Below are positions 1 to 9,700 of a stretch of 20,000 nucleotides of DNA, one piece after another. The position numbers and the translations under genes are program-made. This DNA is from Peribolospora baueri (lineage: Eukaryota), in assembly GCA_029717555.1 (NCBI GenBank), contig JAMDHS010000091.1:61501-81500 (forward strand), written 5' to 3'. Below the pieces are notes generated by a model. That model was not told where the DNA came from, searched no databases, and was given only the letters and a program-made list of their open reading frames with translations. Position 1 is the stretch's first letter. Every line of letters starts with the position of its first letter.

Positions 1-105
1 AGAGAAGGAGGCGGGGTAAGGAAGAAATGGTAAGTACGAGAGGTGGTCGAGGTGGAAGGATGGGACCAAGAGGGAGTCAGTGGGCGGCCGCCGCCTCACC
101 GCCAT
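1..105 (-). CDS. Possible first micro-exon (ATG GCG) and start of intron 1 of a gene running off the left edge
   Basis: On the minus strand, a CT-rich stretch (~200-170) is followed by ATG GCG (105-100), a GTGAGG donor at 99, and pyrimidine-rich intron-like sequence to the edge. This mirrors the short first exon and CT-rich intron of the B56 gene. No product can be inferred. Confidence 0.3.
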   Translation of the reverse strand, partial: MAVRRRPPTDSLLVPSFHLDHLSYLPFLPYPASFS

Positions 106-1230
106 GCGCCGGCGACTGCTGCGGCAAGCGGTGTCAGGTGGCAAGCCGCGCTTCTCTCTTGGCCGGGGCTGATGAAGGGCGAGGGAGGAAGAAACGATCT
201 CTAAAAAGCAGAACGTCATCGACGTCGACGTAGACGAAGCACGAACCCTGATGTCCTTGCGACCCCCTTCTACGTCTATCCATGGCCTCGCACGATCGAC
301 CGGACTCGCCCCGGCGCGAACCATTCGCTCTGGTCTTGCCCACGAATGCTCCGGTCGCGGACGCTTGCGATCGAAACCTGCCCGCTTGGCGCTCGCCCAT
401 CCCTTCGCGGCGTCGCTTGCACTTTCTCGCTCGACTTTTGATTCATATCTCTCTCCTCTCTCCTCATTCCCACCCCCGTACCCCTTCTCGACTGGCATCG
501 GTAACGAGTCTTCCTCGCAGATATGATCTACCCTCGTGGGGTCCGAAAGCATGAAGCGGGCCGTTGGCAGTGGACCTCCGCGTCAAGGGCTCCATCGAGC
601 GTTTCACGGTGGGCGGCTGCGACGTGTGTGTGCTAGAGCGTGTGCGGCGCATACGGCGCTGGAGAACCAGATGTGCACACCATGTCGTCCTTTGAGGCCC
701 GGTGCGAGAGAGACGAAGGGAAATCACCGACCAGGAGGTCACTAACACCACCACATGATGCAAGCCATCGATCCTGCGCGTGGAACATCGGGCAAACTTA
801 ACGAACGTTCCTTCTGTTCAGCCGCTCGTGCTGCGCTCGAACACGCTTTTCAAATGCGGCTAGATATCGGTACAGGCAAGATGGGGAGGTCGATATAGGA
901 TCGAATGCGGAGATGTTGGTAGGGAGATGAATGTGTGCGAGAACTCCAAACTTTGGCCCACTCAAGTGAGAAAAAGGGGAGGGGTAGGACGGGTGATGGA
1001 CGATGAAGAGAGGGAGGGTGAGGGTGAAGGATGGACAATGAAGTAGGATGGGTGATTATAGATTGGATAAGGTCCGCTAGAAGAAAGCGAATGCGAAAGC
1101 GCGAGGGAGCTCGCAGGTCATGATAAACAATGAAGTGGGGCTCTACAGAAGACAAAAAGAAGGCTAGCTGTACAAATGTACAATGACGACGGCGCTTTCG
1201 AGAGTGGCCCGAGCCGTCCGTCGGTCACGG

Positions 1231-4200
1231 TCACTTGCTTTCCTTCTTGACCTTGATGAGCGCCTCGAGCTCGGTGCAGACTTCCTCCATGGTTGGACGG
1301 TCCCGCGGATCTTGGGCCCACATCCTCTCGAGGAGCGTAACGATGCCTTGACCGAAACGGCGTCGGATCGGTTTGACATCAGGTCTGTGCGGTCGCAGAT
1401 GAAGTGCCAGAGAGGGCGGCGTAAGCGTATATCGGGACAAACGCGATGGCCGCAACGAGATGACCGACCTGAGTTGCTTGACGCCCGCATACTCGAATAT
1501 CGCGTGCTCGTTCATACCCTGGAAGGGATAGATCTTCTCTTTCTCGTGCCATTGAAGAGTTTCCCAGAACGTCATCGCCGCACTGTACACGTCCACCTTT
1601 TCGTTGTACCGTGGCTGGGGCACCCAAAGCTCGACGGCCTGCCAGTTCACCGTCCCCACCAGCGAGCGCACCATCGAGCGTGTCGAGTTTTTGACGCGCG
1701 CGAGCCCCTGGCGACGGTCAAAGACGCAAATCAGTCGCGGTGCCCAACAGGACGTGTTACGAACAAGCCTTCAGCTGCTCACAAAGTCATTGATCTTGGC
1801 AATGCCACGGCCGGTGATGAGGACGTTGGTGGACTTGCAATCTCGGTGGATGATGGCCGGCTTCCTCATGTGCAAATAATGCAAGCCGCGAGCGCACTCG
1901 AGGAGGATCTTGAACTGTATTCGCGGAGCAGGAAGCAGAAGCGGGTGAGAACAAGCTCGACGAACGGCGGACAGGGCACAAAGGTCCTCACAATCTTGTC
2001 GTCGCTGGGTGGCGGCACGTTGCGAATGTAGTCGAACAAGTCTCCGTTGGAACAAAGCTCGCTGACGATCATGCACGGCACGTCGCGCGGCGCCTCGGGG
2101 ATGCTGACACCGATGAAGCGCACGATGTTGTCGTGCTGGAGGTCGCGCAGCAGGCTGAGCTCCTTGATGTCCATGTCCGTCAGGTGGCCGCGTATGTCGG
2201 CAATGGCGACCTTGATCTTGCGTGCCCTCGTCATGGCGTACTTGCCGATATACACGTCCTTGAAACCACCGGAGCCGATCTTTTCCAACTTCTCGAGACG
2301 ATCAGGGGGGATCTCCTTGTCCTGAAGGTTCAGCGCCTCGAGATCCAGCGTGTTAATGTCCTCGGCGGGGACCTCGGTCTCCTTCTCCTGGGATCCCTGC
2401 CTGGGGGTGGCTGGAGCAGGCTGCTCGGCTGCTTCAGGCTGCTCCGTGCGAAGAAGAAGCGGTCTAGGACTCGAGTGTCTGGAGCGACCTTTGGTGGTGC
2501 GAGCCTTGCCTCGCGCGGCTTCCTGTTGGTTGGAAGAGTCGCGAGAAGACGCCGGTTTGGCGGTTGCATCCGAATCGGCGCTGTCGTCCGCATGGCTATC
2601 ACGCTGATGAAAGTTAAAGCCAAGTGGTCGAAGGGTCAGGTACAACGTCCCTTCCAGCTGAAATCTTAAAACGACTCACCCAATCAAGGAGCGCTTGCGC
2701 CAGCTCGGTCTTCGTACCCTCGCGTTCCAGACCACGGGCAGCGCAAAGCTCTAGCAGCTTATCTCGGCGGAACCGGAGAAGAGTCTTCTTGGTCTCGTTG
2801 GCAAAGTCCACGGCATCGTCTACTACAAGCGGACAGGAATCATGCGAGGTAGGCCGCCGAGCGAGGTCAGCGAAATCGATAAGCGCTCACCTAGACTTTC
2901 AAACGTCCGTCGAATCGCAGGGAAACGGTGGACTTACCCGCAGCCATCTCCATGTCCTGGATCTCATCCTGAGCCGCCGCGAGCATTTTGCCATTCCGTT
3001 GAGCCCGGGCACTCGTCAACGCGCTCTCCGCCTCCCTGGCGTCTCCTTTGGCAGAGCGCGGCGCTTCGTTCGAGGAGCGCGTCCTGCGGACCGTCCGAGC
3101 GATGCTCTTGCCCCGAGTCAGCTTCGTCTGAGGTTCCTTGGCCATGTCCGCGTCCTCCTCTGCGTCGCTCTGAATGGTGAGAGCCGCCGTCCTCGCCGTG
3201 AGCTTCTTTGTAGGACGGCCTCGCCGACGACGTGCAACTTGAGTGGCAGGGCCGCCGCCGTCGTCCGTCTCACCGACTTCGTCCACGTCCTCCTCCTCCC
3301 CTTCTTCTTTTTCTTTTTCTTCTTCGTAGTCATCGACCTCCCTGCCATTGTCGTCGTCGGTGGTCGAGTCAACCTGCATCGTCTCCTTGGCGCGCTGCTT
3401 AGCTTTCCGAGACGGCGTAGCCCGAGTCGCGAACGGGTTTCGACGACGGACGTCCGCCTCGTCCATGTCCACGTCCCCTTCGTCGCCTTGGCGATCACCT
3501 GAGAGCATCACATTGCCCTCGGTCTTCCCGTCCTCTTCACCGGTTGAAGAACGATCGTCGCTTTCCTCGTCCGACCCCTGGAATGCGACGTGTCTCTGCA
3601 CTTTCCGTGACCACCCTGGTGCCTTGGGACTCGGACCGGCCTTCAAGGCTTGCCCGTCCGGCTCTGACAGCTCGTGGTCCTCCAGGTCTGCAGCGCCAGA
3701 GGACGGCGACGGAGGTTCATTGCTGGCGCGCGCTCGCCCTCGAGCGCGTCGAGATGGATGGAACGAGCTCAAACCGGTAGTGCGATTCAGTTCCGTCGAA
3801 GCCTTGTCGGCACGACGTAGGCGGGTGGCGATGGGTGACACACGAGAAGCAGCCGACGATGCGCTCGCCAACGGCGAAGAGCCGACGGTGCCGTTAGCAA
3901 CTTTCTTGTTCTCCACCTCACCCACGTCCTCCCGGTGGTCCGCCAGAGCCGGCGAGCGGAACTTGAGAGCATGCCGTCGTTCAAGGATCGACCTGGATCG
4001 TCCGCGTGTGAACCTGGACAGACCGGGGGACGGTGCTGCGAGGATGACGCCGTTAGTCGCCTGTTTGCGGGAGACGTGCCCGTTGGGAGCCAGGCGCTCC
4101 CGCCGCGCGGCTACCCTGCGATCAGCGTTCTGTGTGTTCTCCGCTTCGGTCTCCTCGCCCTCTGCCTGGTTCGCCACGTCCGTTTCGTGATCGGCTCCCC

Positions 4201-5921
4201 AATCGTGAGCCATCTCGTCAGAAGATGAACCAGAGGTGGAGGGTCGACGATGCCTGGAGCGCTGCTGGCCGTTGTGACGAGGCCGTCGAGGCGTGTGGCG
4301 AACTGGCGACGAGTGTCGAGAGGAGGCCGAATCGGAATACCCCTCTTCCCCTTTCCGAGGAGCCGTCTCGATAGACGACGGTGAATCATCACGGCTGTTA
4401 CGAAATCGCTGCATGGTGGGGATGGGCCCAAGAACGGTTAGCATCACCGTCCTGAGAATGGTGACCAAGTTGAAAAAGGAACTCACGGCGGCCAAGATGC
4501 CTTCGATGAGCTCCTGCTTCGTGTACAGGTTGGCATCGACGTTCTCGCCCTCAGCCCAGGTACCCGCGACGAAATGCAGGCGAAAGAGCTCGGCCTTGCG
4601 GAGGCGATGGAGCTCCCACTCCATGCATCGATGGAGGTAGAAGTCATCTGTCGGCACGGTGCGACAGGAGATCAGAAAAGTTTCCCCGAGACAGACAGAA
4701 CTCAGAGGGAACGAATCTTGGACCAGCGAGCTCACCATTTCGATCCAAGCCCTCCTCAACGGCGACGAGAGACGGCATCGAGTTTGCGTGGTCCTCGTTA
4801 ACGACTTGATCTCCGACCGCGCTATCCCGGCCCCACCCATCGCTGTCCGCCACCCTCCGACTGGCCTTCGCCCTCCTCGCCCTACGGGGCGAGGCTCGGC
4901 CCTCCTCCCGTCTTGCGTCGTCCACGCCGCTCTCGTCCTCGGAGGCCTCCGTCGCCTTCGCCTTGCCCTTGTCGATGCTTCGGCGCGAACCTTGGCTGGA
5001 GACAGACCGGGCGGGTGCGGGCCCACCCGCCCGGCCGTTCGGAGCTGGCCTGGTCACCACATCCCTACTCTGTCTCCTCGTCAGCACACCTGCGTGTGGG
5101 TGCGCCACGAAATGGTCCGCCGCCGCCGCTGGCGCGACCCTGCGCTGCGCCGTCATCCTCCCAGCGGCCGTTTCAGCTCGGTTAGAATTGGACCTACCCG
5201 CGACGGCTACGACGACCATCGGAGCGCTCCGCTTCCGCTTGACGCCCTTCTTTGCAGGCTCGACATCGGGACCGTGAGCGGTAAGACCGATATGGTTCAT
5301 GTGATACTGCTGCAAGTTGGTGGGGATTGGAGAGAGAACGTTGTTGGCTCCTTGGGCAGGACGTCGACGGTCGTTCGGCCGGTGCTGGTGTCGTTGAGGT
5401 CTCAAAGATCGCTTTGAACTCTCTAAGTAGTCGCCGTCCTGATCGTCGTCACCATCTACTTCACTCGCCTCAGTCGTGTGCACAAAAGCATCCGAAGCCG
5501 ATCCGGTGTCGCCGTCGTCGTCGTCGTCGTCCTCCTTGGTGGCCGTCTTTGACCGCCGGGCGCTGGATCGACGCCTTTCGAATAAGGAAGGGTCGTGCGG
5601 GTCGGCGTCGCCGGTGGCGATAACGTTGAGCTCGTCCGCGCTCTCCACCTCGTCTTCAGACCCGGCTTGGCTCTCCCAATCGCGCTCTCCGTTCTCACCC
5701 TGCTCGTCCGTGTCAGAGCAGGAGGAAGGCCGTCCGTATCGTGACGACCTCCGGCGCTTCCTCCTCGGTAGGCGCACCGCCGAACGAGCCTTGGACGTGA
5801 GCGCCGCAGCGGCCGCCCGGCCCTTCTGGCGGGTCCTTCGGGCGGCGGACTTGGCGGGCGAGGTGGAGAGGCGACCGATGCGGGGGAGGGGAACGCGTCT
5901 CCTGGTCGTTGGGGCCGGCAT
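1231..5921 (-). CDS. Large TKL-like (MAP3K-related) Ser/Thr protein kinase, ~1365 aa; disordered N-terminus, two SAP/HeH-like helical modules, C-terminal kinase domain with WNK-like lysine placement
   Basis: Hand-spliced exons (minus): 5921-4736, 4647-4487, 4408-2938, 2822(or 2819)-2680, 2603-1992, 1914-1783, 1707-1469, 1384-1231. All introns are GT..AG and the phases match; total 4098 nt = 1365 aa + stop. Kinase motifs: IGSGGFKDVY, LQHDNIVRFIGV, IIHRDCKSTNVL, KINDF|GLARV (DFG rebuilt across the intron), GTVNWQAVELW, KVDVYS, WAQDPRDRPTM. The start codon and exon 1 (low complexity, could hide another intron) are less certain than the kinase exons. Confidence 0.88.
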
Positions 5922-6291
5922 GAAGGGCGGCCGGAAAGAAAAGGAGAGAGAAAGAATAGAGGAGAGATGGGGGGGGGGGGGAAGGAAGGCGGCGACGCGT
6001 AGAAGAATGGCCCGCGCTGGCTCGGCTGGCCGGCCGTCGGCGAGACGCGTCGGAATCGTTCGTTGGAAGCGGCCGGGGTAGGAACCGGACGAGTCGCTAA
6101 GGTAGGAGGCAGTCGTCCGTTCGCCCGCCGCCACCGTCCATCTCTTTCCGGGAAGGAACGGCTCCTTTGCGAACGAGCGCGTGCGGCAGGCGGGACGACG
6201 AGTCCGGGGAAGAGGGGAGGGGGAGGCGCCTGCTGTTATACCCGAGGCGGGTCGGTGGGTCGGGGATGGTGTCGAGGTGTACCTCGAAATT

Positions 6292-6348
6292 GGACGTCAG
6301 GCTTGGAACCTCGCGGTAACCCTAGTCTCAGCGCACACACCACGTGAC
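6292..6348. promoter_or_regulatory. Cluster of putative general-regulator sites upstream of the kinase gene: CRE-like TGACGTC, telobox TAACCCTA, E-box GTCACGTG
   Basis: GACGTCA at 6293-6299, TAACCCTAG at 6317-6325 and CACGTGAC at 6341-6348, all within 56 bp and ~400 bp upstream of the kinase ATG. Motif match only. Confidence 0.4.
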
Positions 6349-6602
6349 GGTCAGTCAATGCGCGGCCCGGGGCTTCCTTTAGGCTCTTTGTTGACAGATT
6401 GATCACAAAGTTGAATTGGAATTTTTGTGCTGAGGAAAAGCAAGAGCGTACGCGGCGTGCTCGTATCCGCGCTCGTATCCGGCAGAACATGATCGAACCG
6501 AATCCTGTGAGGCGTGTGTGACTCGCGTCCGAACACGAACGCGAACACGAACACGGGTCGCACTGCAACCCTTCTTCACAAGGAGAACGTCATTCATTCT
6601 AT

Positions 6603-6630
6603 ACCTCCGAGATACGACCTCCGAGATACG
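6603..6630. repeat. Perfect 14-bp tandem duplication (ACCTCCGAGATACG)x2 downstream of LEU4
   Basis: Read directly: 6603-6616 and 6617-6630. Confidence 0.9.
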
Positions 6631-6878
6631 AGCTGTACATACACAAGATCGTTAAGAGTAATTCGCTTCCAACAACCCCGGAACTCGTAGGCTAGATAAT
6701 AAAGCAGGGGACGCGACTGCGCGTCGTCGTCGTCTTCGTTCGACTTTTTTCGATCGGAACGGCCCAGCCCGGACCGGGGGCGTGGCGGACCGAGTGAGAA
6801 CAGGGGGAGGGGCAGCGCGGGGCGGGGAAAGGAGGAAGGAGGATGAGAGATTCGAGAGGAGAAACGCGCTGACGCCCA

Positions 6879-8961
6879 TCAAATGCCGTTGGCCTTGACG
6901 TCAGCGACGACGTTGTCGACGACCGCGTTAGGTTCGAGGAGGTTGCTCGCGGCGCTCAGGAGGGACTTGAGGCCGGAGGTGGTAATGTCAGCGTCGATGC
7001 CCACGCCCCAATAGCCGGACGGTGCCTGTCCAGCCTTGGCGTCTTGCTCCTGGCCCTTGACGCTGCCGGTGATCTCGACGTACGAGGCGGCGCGCACGTT
7101 GGTCCCCTCGCCGATGGCGTGCTCCGAGTACCCGCGGCAATCCACATGCACACCGTACGCCTTCTCGAGCGCGTTGGCCAGAGAGGACAAGGGCCCATTG
7201 CCCTCGCCCCGGATCTCGGACACCTGGCCGTCCTTGCTGACCTTGCCGACGAACTGGCACAGACGGGCGGGTGTGGACGCGCCGGCGTCCGGAGAGCTGT
7301 CGCCGTTGATCTGCTTCACCGCGTTCGGCGGGAGGGAAGAATCGTCGTGGACGAGCTCGTAAGAGCGGAGGGCGAGCCTGCCCTCGTGCTCGCCACCGGC
7401 GCCGACGTGGTACGTGGATTTGAACGCTTTGGTGATGTCGTCGACGGTCATCTCCTTGCCCGTCCTGTCCGCCACCTCCTGCACCACCTTGTAAAAGTCG
7501 ACCTGCATCCTGCGGGGAAGGTCGAGCTTGAGCGCCTGCTTGACCAGGTACGCCACGCCTCCCTTGCCGCTCTGACTGTTGACGCGGATGACGGCCTCAT
7601 AGGTGCAACCGAGGTCAGCAGGGTCGATGGGCAGGTAAGGGATGCTCCATCGTCCGTCGTTGCGTTTCTGCTGAGCCGTGAATCCTTTCTTGATCGCGTC
7701 CTGGTGCGAGCCGGAGAAGGCGGTGAAGACGAGGTCGCCGGCGTACGGGTGGCGCGGGTGGACGGGGATGGCGTTGCACTCGGAGACCGTCTCGACGACA
7801 CTGTAGATGTCGCTGAAGTCGAGGGGAGCGGGGCTGATGCCTTGGGAGTACAAGTTGAGGGCCAGGGTTACGACGTCCACGTTGCCTGTCCTCTCGCCGT
7901 TGCCGAGCACGCAGCCCTCGACTCGGTTACCGCCGGCCATCTGGGCGAGTTCGGCGGCGGCGACGCCGGTGCCTCGGTCGTTGTGCGGGTGCAACGAAAT
8001 GGTGCAGGTGTTCACGTCTTTCATGTGTCGGCAGAAATACTCGATCTGAAAGGTGAGCGAGTGTCCGGCAGATAAGACGCGCATACACGCAGGAGCGCAA
8101 CTCCAGTCAGTGACGCGGGAAGACTCGAGACAAAAGGGACGTATGCGAGGGGCTCACCATATCGGCGTAGTGGTTCGGCGTCGCGCACTCGACGGTGGCG
8201 GGGAGGTTGAAGATGATCGGCTCTTGAGTCGTAGCCCTGCCCCACACCTTCCTAACCTCTTCGCAAATCTCGATGGCGAACTCGACCTCGGTTTGGGTGA
8301 ACGTCTCGGGCGAATACTCGTAGCGGAACCGGGTGCCATACTTCTTCTCGTACTCTTCCACGAGGTTGCGGACGACGGCGGTGTGCTTGGTGGCCAAGGC
8401 GACGGTCTGCTCCTTGGAATTGCTGAAGACGACGTCGCGGAAGAGCGGTGAGGTGGCGTTGTACATGTGGATGATGACGTTTTTGGCGCCGGCGACGGAC
8501 TCGAAGGTACGTCGGATCAACTCCTCCCTGCCACGGACGAAGGAATGGGCAAGGGGTAATCCCGAGGAGGTCAGAGAGGGCGACGAGCGACGGTGGCGAG
8601 CGGGCGGGAGAGGGAAAAGCGACTGCGCTCGGACTCACCTTGCTGGCGTGAGGACTTGGATCCAGACATCATCAGGGATGAGGCCTCCTTCGATGATGCT
8701 CCTGACAAAGTTGAAATCGGTGTCGCTTGCGCTAGGGTACGCCACCTCGATCTCTTTAAAGCCGATCTGGACGAGCTTCTTGAAGAACCTCGTCTTCTGA
8801 TCGGCGTTCATCGGGTTGACGAGCGCCTGGTTTCCGTCGCGCAGGTCAACGGAGCACCAGATGGGCGGCTTGGTGAGCGACTGAGAGGGCCATTGCCGGT
8901 TGGGGAGCTGGAGCGGGGTGAAGGGGATGTACTTGGTGGACGGGTCGGCGAGCATGGGCAT
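6879..8961 (-). CDS. LEU4: 2-isopropylmalate synthase (alpha-IPM synthase, fungal LeuA type), 619 aa
   Basis: Exons (minus) 8961-8639, 8527-8158, 8045-6879; introns 8638-8528 and 8157-8046 are GTGAG..CAG; 1860 nt in frame. Signature motifs: [104 protein letters not shown], and the regulatory-domain GNGPLSS/YSEHA. The ATG is in good context (cccaccATG). Confidence 0.97.
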
Positions 8962-9131
8962 GGTGGGCCAAGGTGGGCGAGCGGGACGAGGTCTGCGAGG
9001 AAGGATGGGTGCCTCGAAGATCGGCGCCTTGCTTCTCGAGGGGCCGGGGGAGGCAAGAGGAGACGAGGTGAGGAAAGGACGGGTGGTGGCTGTTAGCAAG
9101 GGAGCGAGCGTAGCGGTGGGTCGTCGTTGGT

Positions 9132-9139
9132 CGAGTCAA
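9132..9139 (-). promoter_or_regulatory. Putative Gcn4/CpcA (cross-pathway control) element TTGACTC upstream of LEU4
   Basis: The minus strand reads cTTGACTCga (plus gagtca, 9133-9138), ~175 bp upstream of the ATG of an amino-acid biosynthetic gene. Short motif, could be chance. Confidence 0.4.
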
Positions 9140-9658
9140 GTCCCGACCTGACAAAATTCCGGAGACGCGGACGGCGTGGCCCATGGCGGGCCGGCGGGTA
9201 ATGCGGTCAAGCCGGGTATTTGAAATTCGCATTAACGATCGATAAATGCTTTATTTCTAGCCTCCCGACGTTCCGTCCGACTGTCCGGGTGCTCGGACCA
9301 TGTCGGTCCACTTCGACTGGGGGGCGGAGACAACACCGTACAGACAGTGGACGCCATGGTCTCCCGACCCGTGCGGGCCTCCTGAGCGAGCGCGTTGATG
9401 TCGTCGTACGAGCACTCGATAAGGTGATGCCGTGGGCAGACGGGTCAGACGGGAAGTCAGTACGAGGGGTCCAAGGCCCGACGACGGACGGCTGGGACAG
9501 GTTTGGGGATCGACGTGGTGCGGACGCTCGAGCCAGGGAGGAGGAGAAAGCGGTGCATCGTGATGGTGTCGTAGTCAAGCCAAGCCAAGTCGATTCTGCG
9601 CTCTTTCTTTCTTCCTCTTCTCCTGTCGAACAGCCGCGCCGCGCCGTGTCGCTATCTC

Positions 9659-9659
<1 letters not shown>

Positions 9660-9697
<38 letters not shown>
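9660..9697. repeat. (CTAT)9 microsatellite
   Basis: Nine perfect units in the divergent intergenic region between LEU4 and the membrane protein gene. Confidence 0.95.

Positions 9698-9700
<3 letters not shown>

Noticed and set aside
169..200. CTGATGA...GAAA as a hammerhead ribozyme core
   Set aside because: The intervening sequence is almost all purine and cannot form stem II.
27..526. Plus-strand ATG|GTAAGT gene model spliced at 211 into ORF 251-526
   Set aside because: The putative intron is purine-rich and the product is unrecognisable low complexity; the minus-strand reading fits the composition better.
6317..6325. TAACCCTAG as a telomerase RNA template
   Set aside because: It does not give a full 1.5-repeat template (TAACCCTAA) and no pseudoknot or CR4/5 was recognised; better explained as a promoter telobox.
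7044..8075. Long antisense ORFs opposite LEU4 (also opposite the kinase, membrane protein and B56)
   Set aside because: Typical shadow ORFs caused by GC3-rich codon usage on the coding strand.
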